From: Clostridia bacterium
GTDB taxonomy: Bacteria; Bacillota; Clostridia; Oscillospirales; Acutalibacteraceae
Length of the DNA stretch: 64,000 nt
NCBI GenBank assembly: GCA_017435865.1
Contig: JAFSEF010000053.1
Span: forward strand, 141,188 to 205,187
Direction: 5' to 3'
Position 1 is the stretch's first letter. Each line of letters begins with the position of its first letter. Below, one piece after another: positions 38,114 through 46,946 of this stretch. A program made the position numbers and the translations under genes. The notes beneath the pieces were generated by a model. It was not told the DNA's origin and ran no database searches. It worked only from the letters and a program-made list of their open reading frames with translations.

Positions 38114-39382
38114 TCAGATACCGTACTGGTTGTAGTTGAAAATAGCCTGCAAGGTTACATTGAGAGCTTTTTCCATGGTTTCGGGTACAAGAATGTCGGC
38201 AGTGTCGAGTCTCGTGTGATAATATCTTGCAGGAGCAGGATCCATAGCAACAAAGCTTGCGGCTTTGATTCCTGCCTGTGATGCGGCTGCTGCATCTGTA
38301 GAGCCGAGCGGGATTGCACCGACGGGAATATCCATACCGAACTCAGCACCTGCCTGCTTCAGAAGCGTGCAGACACGTTTGTCATTTTTGACAGTGCCTG
38401 TCATATCTCTTTCGTAAATCATCATGTATTCTTCATCACGGATGGTGTCAAGGCTGATGAAAATAGTTTCCACACCATCGTTTTTCAGTTCGGGATGTGC
38501 TTCAAAATATGCCTTGGAACCGCGAAGACCTGCTTCTTCACCACCGGCAAGCATGCAGACCACTTCCGTATTTTCGAAACGGATGTCATTGTCGCTGAGG
38601 TACTTCATGACAGCAGCACTGATATAGCAACCTGTCAGGTCATCATTTGCACCATCTACATAACGCTTATTGTTTGTGAATTTATAAAGTGCACCGTATG
38701 CAGGCAAGAAAGCTGCCTGACCGAGTGCCATTTTTTTTGCGGTGCAGATGTTTTTGTTTTTCAATACCATTGCGGTGGTGGCAGCTGTATAAGCAAGGCC
38801 GGCAATAGCATATCCTGCAACCATAATGACACCGTGTGAGCCGAGTTTATAGGTGTATGTCCATTCGGGAGCAGAATCGGTATGACCGGAAATAATGACT
38901 CTGCGTCTTGTTTCACCTTTTGCTTTTCTGACGGCTATAACATTGCCGGATTCCTTTTCTTTGAAGAAAGGATCAAGCATTTTTTTGTATGTTACAAATT
39001 CGCCTGCAATGCCGGCCAATGCACCGCCAATGAGTGCTATTGATCCCAAAGCGGTTTTTGATTTCTTGAATGCACCGATTGTGTTGAGTGCAGATGCTCC
39101 GATGAGTGCTGTACCTGCAATCGGGACAAATGACATGAATGCATCGGGATTCACTTTGAAAGTTTCTCTTGTAACGCTGTCGCAAAAACCTTCCAGGTCC
39201 TGCATCATGGCTTCCTGTGCCTTTTTTTCACTGTCCTCACCGCAAGGACGGGGGCCGAATGCAGAGCAGATGTTCTTAATACCGTTAACTGCAAAATCAG
39301 TACAGTCTTTTACTGTTGTTTTTGCATCTTTGAATTTTTCGGAAAAAATCATTTGTTTCACTTCCTCAAATTTTTGTTTCAT
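38114..39382 (-). CDS. M28-family metallopeptidase with membrane-spanning segments
   Basis: Zinc-ligand blocks ISGHTDSAPEW, GANDDLTGC and GGEEAGLRGSKAY. Internal hydrophobic helices. Confidence 0.7.
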   Translation of the reverse strand: MKQKFEEVKQMIFSEKFKDAKTTVKDCTDFAVNGIKNICSAFGPRPCGEDSEKKAQEAMMQDLEGFCDSVTRETFKVNPDAFMSFVPIAGTALIGASALNTIGAFKKSKTALGSIALIGGALAGIAGEFVTYKKMLDPFFKEKESGNVIAVRKAKGETRRRVIISGHTDSAPEWTYTYKLGSHGVIMVAGYAIAGLAYTAATTAMVLKNKNICTAKKMALGQAAFLPAYGALYKFTNNKRYVDGANDDLTGCYISAAVMKYLSDNDIRFENTEVVCMLAGGEEAGLRGSKAYFEAHPELKNDGVETIFISLDTIRDEEYMMIYERDMTGTVKNDKRVCTLLKQAGAEFGMDIPVGAIPLGSTDAAAASQAGIKAASFVAMDPAPARYYHTRLDTADILVPETMEKALNVTLQAIFNYNQYGI

Positions 39383-39529
39383 CCATTATACAGTAAAAGT
39401 TAAAAATAATCAAGTCTTACGTATTCTTAAAAAATCTGTATATTGCTGTTTCTTTACTTGTAAAAATTATTTACTTGTGCTACAATAATACGGTACGTCC
39501 AATCTTTAAAATAAAAAGGGGATTATTAC

Positions 39530-41089
39530 ATGAGTAAACAATATGATGTTATTGTCATCGGTGCAGGCAACGGCGGTCTTGCTGCTGCTGCCACCTGTGC
39601 AAGAGCAGGACTTTCTACACTTTTGCTTGAACGCCATAACATTCCCGGCGGTTCGGCATCTTCTTTTGTCCGCGGACGATTTGAATTTGAACCGTCTCTG
39701 CATGAGTTGGCAGGTGTCGGTTCTCCCGATAAATCCGGACAGATTGAAGATATGTTCGGTCGTTTTGAAGCGAATGTTGAATTTTGTCAGCATGATTCCA
39801 CATTCCGTCTTGTTGTCCCTGCTAAAGAAGGTGACACGGATACATTCGTCAACGAAAACGGTGTAGAAGTTGTTGTCGATGCCCGCATGCCCGTCGGCTT
39901 TGAAGCTTTTGCACGCAAGCTTGATGAACTTGTACCCGGTTCGTATGAAAGCTGTAAGGAAGCTTTCAGATTGTCTGATCGTATGTTCAAGGCTTTTGAT
40001 TGTCTTGAGGATCTTTCCAAATTGCCGGGTTCTCTGAAAGACGTTCCCAACCTTCTTCGTATGATTTCCCATACCATGAAGGATTCTCTTGATGCACTGG
40101 GAATGCCCAAGAAGGCGCAGGATATCTTCAATACTTATTGGTGCTATCTCGGTTCTCCCGCATCACAGCTTGACTTCCTGTATTATCTTGCAATGGTGCA
40201 CAGCTATATTAAAGACGGCACAGGGATTCCGAAGCTGAGAAGCCATGAAATGAGCCTTGGTATTGACGAAGTTATCCGCAGGCATGGTGGTGACATCTGG
40301 TACAATTCCGAAGTCACCAAGGTCATCGTCAAGGACGGTAAGCCCGCAGGTGTTGTCATCAACGGCAATAAGGAAGTATATGCAAAATACTTCGTCTGCA
40401 ACTCCTATCCTTATGCAGTGTTCAAAGATCTGTTCGACGCAAAGGATATCCCGGAAAAGCAGCTTAAAATGCTCAATGCCAGAAAAACCGCTTGCTCACT
40501 CACAACCGTTTATCTCGGTATGAACAAGACCAAAGAAGAACTCGGAATCAAGGACTATTCTGTCTTTATTGCTCCCGATTCGGATTCTGATAAACAGTAT
40601 GAAGCAGCTCAGAATTTCGGCAGCGGTTTCTGTATCATCAACTGCCTGAATGAAATTATTCCCGATTGCACACCCGAAGGAACCAGCCAGTTGTTCCTTA
40701 CAACCATGACCTTCGGTGATGTAATGAAAGATGTAAAACCCGAAGATTACAAGAAATTCAAGACCGAAGTTGCAAGAGACATGATTGAAACCTGTGAAAA
40801 GGCTCTCAATATTTCCATCATGCCTTATATTGAAGAAATTGAAATCGCACTTCCGCCTACATTTGCAAGATACCTCAATACTCCGTTCGGAACGCCTTAC
40901 GGATATATGCTTGAAAAATGGGACAGCATGATTCCGAGAACCGTACAGTATCTGCAGGATCAGCCGTTTGATAATTTCTTCTTCTGCGGTGCTTCGCAGG
41001 AACGCGGCGACGGTTACGGCTGTGCATACTACACCGGTGAAAAAGCAGGCGGACTTGTTGTGAATGCAATGAAAAAGGAGGGCAAATAA
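39530..41089 (+). CDS. CrtI/phytoene-desaturase-family FAD-dependent oxidoreductase
   Basis: YDVIVIGAGNGGLAAAATCARAGLSTLLLERHNIPGG dinucleotide-binding N-terminus and a family-typical C-terminal GGLVV-type region. Confidence 0.75.
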   Translation: MSKQYDVIVIGAGNGGLAAAATCARAGLSTLLLERHNIPGGSASSFVRGRFEFEPSLHELAGVGSPDKSGQIEDMFGRFEANVEFCQHDSTFRLVVPAKEGDTDTFVNENGVEVVVDARMPVGFEAFARKLDELVPGSYESCKEAFRLSDRMFKAFDCLEDLSKLPGSLKDVPNLLRMISHTMKDSLDALGMPKKAQDIFNTYWCYLGSPASQLDFLYYLAMVHSYIKDGTGIPKLRSHEMSLGIDEVIRRHGGDIWYNSEVTKVIVKDGKPAGVVINGNKEVYAKYFVCNSYPYAVFKDLFDAKDIPEKQLKMLNARKTACSLTTVYLGMNKTKEELGIKDYSVFIAPDSDSDKQYEAAQNFGSGFCIINCLNEIIPDCTPEGTSQLFLTTMTFGDVMKDVKPEDYKKFKTEVARDMIETCEKALNISIMPYIEEIEIALPPTFARYLNTPFGTPYGYMLEKWDSMIPRTVQYLQDQPFDNFFFCGASQERGDGYGCAYYTGEKAGGLVVNAMKKEGK

Positions 41090-41090
41090 G

Positions 41091-42296
41091 ATGGCTGACC
41101 TGAAAACTTTAAAAGCAAGAGAATTTCTTTCCATGCTTCCCGACAGACAGGAAAGATTCAATTCTGCAAAAGCAGAGTTCCCGACATTTTCTGACAATGC
41201 TGCGGTTCTTGCCCGTGCATTGCATCCCAAAAGACAGTATCTGAAAGTTGCCGAAGTCATTGAACGCGGAGAAGATTGTAAGAGCTTTGTTCTTGTTCCC
41301 GATGCAGACAAAGGCACCACTGCACTTGCATATTTCGGTGCAGGTAAATACCTGACCGTGTTTGAAACCATTGAAAATATGCCTGTTACCAGAGCATATT
41401 CCATCTCATCATCTCCCAAGGATGCCCTCAACGGAAAATATGTTCTTACCATCAAGCTTGTGGAAGGCGGACTTGTATCACGTTATATTCTTGATACATG
41501 GACAGTCGGCACTTCTGTTGAAGTTTCCGCTCCTTCCGGTAATTTTGAATATCAGCCGCTTCGTGATGCCAAAAAGGTCATTTGCCTTGCTGGCGGCAGC
41601 GGTATTACTCCGTTCCTGTCGATGGCAAATGCTGTTGCTGACGGTGATGAAGACTTTGAAATGACCCTTCTTTACGGCAGCCGTAATGCAGATGTGATTC
41701 TGTTCCGTGAAGAACTGGATGCTGTTGCTGCTGCTTGTGATAAAGTAAAGATTGTTCATGTGCTCAGTGATAAAGGTGCATCCAAGAAACTCAAGGGTTC
41801 CGAAAGCGGTTTCATCACTGCAGAACTGATCAAAAAGTATGCACCTGCTGACGAAGAGTATTCCGTATTCCTTTGCGGTCCTCAGCAGATGTACGAGTTT
41901 GTAGATAAAGAACTCGAAAAACTCAATCTTCCCAAGAAATTCATCCGTCACGAAATGTTCGGTGAGTTCCATAATCCTTCCACACAGGCAGATTATCCTG
42001 CTGGTGTTCCCGAAACAGTTAAAATCACTGTTACCATCCAGGATGAAACCACCACTGTTGAAGGTTCTTCCAATGACTCTGTCATGCAGATTCTCGAAAA
42101 GAACGGCATTTCTGTGCCTGCCCGTTGCCGCAGCGGTGAATGCGGATTCTGTCATTCCCATCTGCTTTCGGGTGAGATTTATGTGCCTGCACATCTCGAT
42201 TACCGCCGTCTTGCTGACTATAAGTTCGGTTGTATTCATCCGTGCTGTTCGTTCCCGCTTACTGATCTTGTTATCAATGTTCCTGTTGCAAAATAA
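41091..42296 (+). CDS. Ferredoxin-NADP reductase-type flavoprotein with C-terminal plant-type [2Fe-2S] ferredoxin domain
   Basis: RAYSISS (FAD RxYS), LAGGSGITPFLS (NAD(P)H site), and CRSGECGFCHS...C cluster motif. Starts 1 nt after the upstream stop. Confidence 0.8.
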   Translation: MADLKTLKAREFLSMLPDRQERFNSAKAEFPTFSDNAAVLARALHPKRQYLKVAEVIERGEDCKSFVLVPDADKGTTALAYFGAGKYLTVFETIENMPVTRAYSISSSPKDALNGKYVLTIKLVEGGLVSRYILDTWTVGTSVEVSAPSGNFEYQPLRDAKKVICLAGGSGITPFLSMANAVADGDEDFEMTLLYGSRNADVILFREELDAVAAACDKVKIVHVLSDKGASKKLKGSESGFITAELIKKYAPADEEYSVFLCGPQQMYEFVDKELEKLNLPKKFIRHEMFGEFHNPSTQADYPAGVPETVKITVTIQDETTTVEGSSNDSVMQILEKNGISVPARCRSGECGFCHSHLLSGEIYVPAHLDYRRLADYKFGCIHPCCSFPLTDLVINVPVAK

Positions 42297-42310
42297 AGGA
42301 GAGAAGATAA

Positions 42311-43990
42311 ATGGATAAACTGTTTACCATCAAATTTAAAAACGGCAATGAGACTATAACAACACGCGCTACCGAAAACGATTTTTTCCGTCTTGATATC
42401 GTCGATACAGGAAGTCGTTACACTGTTACCCTTGTTCCCAAGCAGACTTTTGAGATGGTTGACTTCTTTGTGGAATTTCCTTACTGCTTTGCTGAAAATG
42501 ATAAATTCTTCGGCAACGGTTATCAGTCCTGGACAAAATCCAAAGAGTGGACTGCCGATGAAATTATGCCCGGTTGTATCAAGCTGAGCAACATCAGCGA
42601 GTTCACAAAAGGAATTGCCAGAAAGACAAGCGATGAATGGATTGTCAAATATTCCGAAATTCCCGGTGAATTCCACAGCCATTGCTATACCTATGTCCGC
42701 AACGGTGAAAATGTAAAACTCTGGGGTTCTTTGAATGAGAAGACCGGTTATACCATTTTCAAGGTTAAGATGAATGAAAATCGTTTTTACTTCTGTAAAG
42801 ATCTGCTTGGTAAGGTCATTACGGAACCGTGGCAGATTTTCGATATCGTTTATTTTGAAGGCGGTTATGAAGAAGTCTTCGATAACTATTTCGCATTGTG
42901 GAAAATGCCTGAAACCAGACACGGAACCATGAGTGGTTACACATCCTGGTACAATTATTTCCAGAAAATCGACGAAAATATCATTCTTCGTGACCTTGAC
43001 GGTCTTGATCCTTATAAAGATCAGGTTTCCATCTTCCAGATCGATGACGGTTATGAAACTTTCATCGGTGACTGGCTGGATCCCAATCCTGCAAAGTTCC
43101 CCAACGGTATGAAGTACATTGCCGATAAGATTCATGACAAGGGCTACAAAGCAGGTATCTGGCTTGCACCTTTCAACTGTCAGAGAGTATCCCGTATGGC
43201 AAAGGAACATCCCGATTGGCTCATCCTTGATGACAACGGCAAACCCATGGTAGGTTGTATTGCATGGGGCGGTGCTTATACATTCGATATTTACAACGAA
43301 AATGTCCGTGCTTATCTGAAGGAAGTTTTCGATGTTGTACTCAATGACTGGGGTTATGACATGGTTAAGCTCGACTTCCTGTATAGTCAGTGTATCAAAC
43401 CCAGACACGGAAAGTGCCGCGGTGAAATCATGTGCGATGCCATGGCTTTCCTGCGTGAATGCGTCGGTGATAAGCTGTTCCTCGGCTGTGGTGTACCCAT
43501 CGGTCCTGCACTCGGTGTTGTGGATGCCTGCCGCATCAGCTGTGACGTTGACCTTACTTACAAGGGACAGTTCTACAGCCGCATTCAGGTCAGCAACGAA
43601 ATGCTCAGTGCAAGAAGTGCCATCAATAACTCCATCTTCCGTCGTCATCTCAACGGCAGAGCATGGATGAATGACCCCGATGTTTTCTTCCTGCGTAAAG
43701 ACAATCTTACCTTTACCGATGAACAGAAATATCTGTTGGGCAAAGTCAACAATCTTTGCGGAACGGTTCTGTTTGTATCTGACAATGCAGGTGATTATGA
43801 TGCATCTGCAAGCCGTCTGCTCAAGAAATTCTTTGAAAAGACCGATGAAAAAATCATTTCTGCCGAATACATCAACAAAGATGTGATCACCGTTGAAACA
43901 GAAAAAGACGGCAATCGCAGCAGATTCACTTTCAATCTTGCAAAGGGTAAGTTCATTGAAGGTGAAAACTGGAAAGAATATTTTTGCTGA
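42311..43990 (+). CDS. Alpha-galactosidase-like glycoside hydrolase, GH36 family
   Basis: FQIDDGYE, GIWLAPF, VKLDFLY and WMNDPDVF motifs. Confidence 0.78.
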   Translation: MDKLFTIKFKNGNETITTRATENDFFRLDIVDTGSRYTVTLVPKQTFEMVDFFVEFPYCFAENDKFFGNGYQSWTKSKEWTADEIMPGCIKLSNISEFTKGIARKTSDEWIVKYSEIPGEFHSHCYTYVRNGENVKLWGSLNEKTGYTIFKVKMNENRFYFCKDLLGKVITEPWQIFDIVYFEGGYEEVFDNYFALWKMPETRHGTMSGYTSWYNYFQKIDENIILRDLDGLDPYKDQVSIFQIDDGYETFIGDWLDPNPAKFPNGMKYIADKIHDKGYKAGIWLAPFNCQRVSRMAKEHPDWLILDDNGKPMVGCIAWGGAYTFDIYNENVRAYLKEVFDVVLNDWGYDMVKLDFLYSQCIKPRHGKCRGEIMCDAMAFLRECVGDKLFLGCGVPIGPALGVVDACRISCDVDLTYKGQFYSRIQVSNEMLSARSAINNSIFRRHLNGRAWMNDPDVFFLRKDNLTFTDEQKYLLGKVNNLCGTVLFVSDNAGDYDASASRLLKKFFEKTDEKIISAEYINKDVITVETEKDGNRSRFTFNLAKGKFIEGENWKEYFC

Positions 43991-44100
43991 ATGTGATGCA
44001 ATTTTTGTCAATATTATTGAATATTGATTCATTTGTACTGTTTTATAAAAAGCACTGTCCGATGGATGGTGCTTTTTTCTGTTGCAGTGAGAAATGCCTC

Positions 44101-44129
44101 TTGAAAACAGAACAAAAGTTTGGTATAAT
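44101..44129 (+). promoter_or_regulatory. Promoter of the TerB/ATPase/helicase operon (TTGAAA-17-TGgTATAAT)
   Basis: TTGAAA at 44101-44106; TG at 44121-44122; TATAAT at 44124-44129. Preceded by a hairpin plus T-run at about 44047-44078. Confidence 0.6.
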
Positions 44130-44167
44130 CAAACAAAAGTTCGATTATTTGTTTTGCGGAGGTTTTT

Positions 44168-45631
44168 ATGTCTGATACGCAAGCGATCATAAATGCAGTC
44201 AATGCAGGGTGGCAGCAGGCAAGTAAAAAGAATCCTGCTGTAAAAATATACCGTGATGAACCGATCATCATGCGTGCATCTCAGATGCCGTCTTATACAC
44301 CTGCTATGTACGCAAAAATGCGTAGAATTGCAGTGGAATGTTACGCAAAAACGGAGAGTGAAGTATTTTACAGGCAAGCGAAATTCATGGAGAATTTTGA
44401 AGATGATTGCTGCTACAAGGGCGAATTCAAGCGTTATTATCCAACTTTTCGCAGCATGAACGATGCACAACTACGTGGATATTTTACATGGCGTTCTAAA
44501 GTCAGAAAAGGTTTGATTGAAAAAACATCACTATCATATGTTTATGTTTATCTGTATGAATTGCTTAACGGTGTCGGACAAGGGACACCGCAGGAACTGT
44601 TTTTGCATTTGCTGCATTTCTGGAATGAATACGAAAAACTCGATGATCGGATTGCCGTCTACAAAAACAGATGGTTGAAAGATTTTTGTATTTATTATAA
44701 TCTGCCTGTTTGCTTTTATGCTAAAGTGTCTGAAGATACACAAGAAAATAAAAACGCCGCATTGATTCATTGTGCAGAAGAATCAGATCAGGCAGTTTTT
44801 GAAGCTCTGGAATCAATTTCTTCTTACAAAATCCGCAATTCGGCTTTCTTTAAAACACACACTGAAGAATGTATAGCAGTAACAGCATCTGTTGTCAGGG
44901 CTCTTGCAGTGTATGACAAAGCAAAGAATCCTCAACAGGATTCATGTTGTTTCGGAGCTTTTTGTTCGGGGAAACGAATGCTGTTTTCCGGAGCTGTGTT
45001 TTTTGACAGGTTGAAGCATGAAGAATATGAATACAGAATCAATGAATCGGAAGTGTATACCTGCAACAACGGACAATGGAGATATGCACAGTTTATGTGC
45101 TACACGGGTAGGAATCAACCTGCCGGAGCTGTCTTGCGAACCATTGACAGCAAACTGCGTGAAAAAACGGGATATAAGAGCAAAATCAAGGCAGGCGAAC
45201 TGTCTGTTGACAGGGAAAAGATAATTGAACAATGTATTGATGATTATTTTATCAGCCGGAGATTCAGAGCAGCAGAATCCATTGAAATTGATCTGTCCTT
45301 GTTGTCTGCAATACGCAGCGATGCCCTTGAAACACAAGGGCGACTGCTGACAGAAGAAGAACAGGAACCTGTCCGTGTTGTTGAAATCAAGCAACCGGAA
45401 AACTGTACGCAGCTTTCAGATCTGCAGTTCGCATTCCTTTTGCGACTGATTAAAAATGAGTCCTATGATGATCTGTTGCAGCAAAGCGGACAATTTGTGA
45501 ATCTGTTGGCAGATGAAATCAACGAGGTGCTCTATGAGGAATTCGGCGACACAGTTATAGATTTTAACGGAAATTTACCATTTATTATAGAAGATTATGC
45601 AGATGATTTGAAAGGATATATCGGTTTATGA
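44168..45631 (+). CDS. TerB-N/TerB-C domain protein (Shango-type component)
   Basis: YPTFRSMNDAQLRGYFTWRSKVRKG...SYVYVYLYELLNG matches the TerB-N pattern as I remember it. C-terminal region is acidic and helical. GGAGG RBS. Confidence 0.7.
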   Translation: MSDTQAIINAVNAGWQQASKKNPAVKIYRDEPIIMRASQMPSYTPAMYAKMRRIAVECYAKTESEVFYRQAKFMENFEDDCCYKGEFKRYYPTFRSMNDAQLRGYFTWRSKVRKGLIEKTSLSYVYVYLYELLNGVGQGTPQELFLHLLHFWNEYEKLDDRIAVYKNRWLKDFCIYYNLPVCFYAKVSEDTQENKNAALIHCAEESDQAVFEALESISSYKIRNSAFFKTHTEECIAVTASVVRALAVYDKAKNPQQDSCCFGAFCSGKRMLFSGAVFFDRLKHEEYEYRINESEVYTCNNGQWRYAQFMCYTGRNQPAGAVLRTIDSKLREKTGYKSKIKAGELSVDREKIIEQCIDDYFISRRFRAAESIEIDLSLLSAIRSDALETQGRLLTEEEQEPVRVVEIKQPENCTQLSDLQFAFLLRLIKNESYDDLLQQSGQFVNLLADEINEVLYEEFGDTVIDFNGNLPFIIEDYADDLKGYIGL

Positions 45632-46944
45632 AAATACCTAAAAGAATTGCAACCGTACTGATGAATGCGCTCAAAGGCGGCGTTGTGCCGCGTATCGGCT
45701 TGCCGTATGTTACAGTCGGCAGAAAAGCTGAAATTGAAGCGATTTTACATGATGTTGATATTATTGCCGAAGGGGGAGCTGCCTTTCGGTTTATTGTCGG
45801 TAAGTACGGTAGCGGTAAGAGTTTTCTTCTGCAGACTATACGTAATTACTGCATGGATCGCAATTTTGTTGTTGCTGATGCAGATTTGTCACCTGAACGC
45901 AGGTTGCAAGGTACAAACGGACAGGGCTTGGCAACCTACAGAGAACTGATTCGCAATTTATCTACCAAAACACGTCCCGAGGGCGGTGCTCTGCCGTTGA
46001 TTCTTGATCGTTGGATCAGTGCTGTGCAGTCCGAGGTTTTTCTTTCCGGCGCAGAAGGTGAATGTGAACTTGAAAGAAAGATTGAAAAGAAGATCTATGA
46101 AACAGTAACTTCTTTAACCGAACTTGTGCATGGATTCGACTATGCAAAGTTGCTGATGCTTTATTATTCAGCATCAAAAAATGATGACGAGGAAAAGAAG
46201 GCGGCAGTGCTGAAATGGTTTCGTGGAGAATACAACAACAAAACGGAAGCAAAGTCTGCACTCGGTGTCAATATCTGCATAACTGATGATTCCTGGTATG
46301 ATTATCTGAAATTGTTGTCCGCTTTCCTACAGCGTGCAGGATACAGCGGTATGATTGTTATGCTTGATGAACTTGTCAATATTTATAAAATTCCGAACAG
46401 CATCACAAGACAATACAATTATGAAAAAATACTGACTATGTATAACGATGTTCTGCAAGGAAAAGCACAGTATCTCGGTTTCTTAATGTGTGCAACACCG
46501 CAATGCATGGAAGACCGTCATCGCGGTGTGTTCAGCTATGAAGCACTTCGGTCCCGTTTGCAGGCAGGCAGATTCTCTGATGAAAATACGGTGGATATGC
46601 TCGCTCCGATTATTCGTCTGCATCCGCTGACATATGAAGAATTGCTTGTGCTGACCGAAAAACTGCGTGACATTCACGCTTCACTATATGATTATCAGCC
46701 CATTCTCACACAGGAAGATCTTGTATCATTTATTCAGATTGAATGCAGCCGTGTCGGAGCTGATACAAAAATAACCCCGCGTGAAATCACACGTGACTTT
46801 ATAGAACTGCTTAATATTATTATGCAAAATCCGCAATGCAGCGTAAAATCCTTGTTGAAAGCGGACTCTTTCTGTTTTGCCAAAACGCAGACAGAAGAAA
46901 AATCGGCTGTCAGCGAAGAAGAATTTGCTGAATTTGAGGTTTGA
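45628..46944 (+). CDS. P-loop ATPase, DUF2791/BrxD-like (Shango-type component)
   Basis: Walker A GKYGSGKSF and Walker B IVMLDELV. ATGA start/stop overlap with the upstream gene. Confidence 0.7.
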   Translation: MKIPKRIATVLMNALKGGVVPRIGLPYVTVGRKAEIEAILHDVDIIAEGGAAFRFIVGKYGSGKSFLLQTIRNYCMDRNFVVADADLSPERRLQGTNGQGLATYRELIRNLSTKTRPEGGALPLILDRWISAVQSEVFLSGAEGECELERKIEKKIYETVTSLTELVHGFDYAKLLMLYYSASKNDDEEKKAAVLKWFRGEYNNKTEAKSALGVNICITDDSWYDYLKLLSAFLQRAGYSGMIVMLDELVNIYKIPNSITRQYNYEKILTMYNDVLQGKAQYLGFLMCATPQCMEDRHRGVFSYEALRSRLQAGRFSDENTVDMLAPIIRLHPLTYEELLVLTEKLRDIHASLYDYQPILTQEDLVSFIQIECSRVGADTKITPREITRDFIELLNIIMQNPQCSVKSLLKADSFCFAKTQTEEKSAVSEEEFAEFEV

Positions 46945-46946
46945 AA

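Noticed and set aside
40496-42239. 319-aa and 253-aa minus-strand ORFs.
   Set aside because: They are shadows of the CrtI-like and FNR-like genes. Cofactor-binding motifs are present only on the plus strand.
42236-44032. 598-aa minus-strand ORF.
   Set aside because: It is a codon-aligned shadow of the GH36 gene, with no RBS and no motif.
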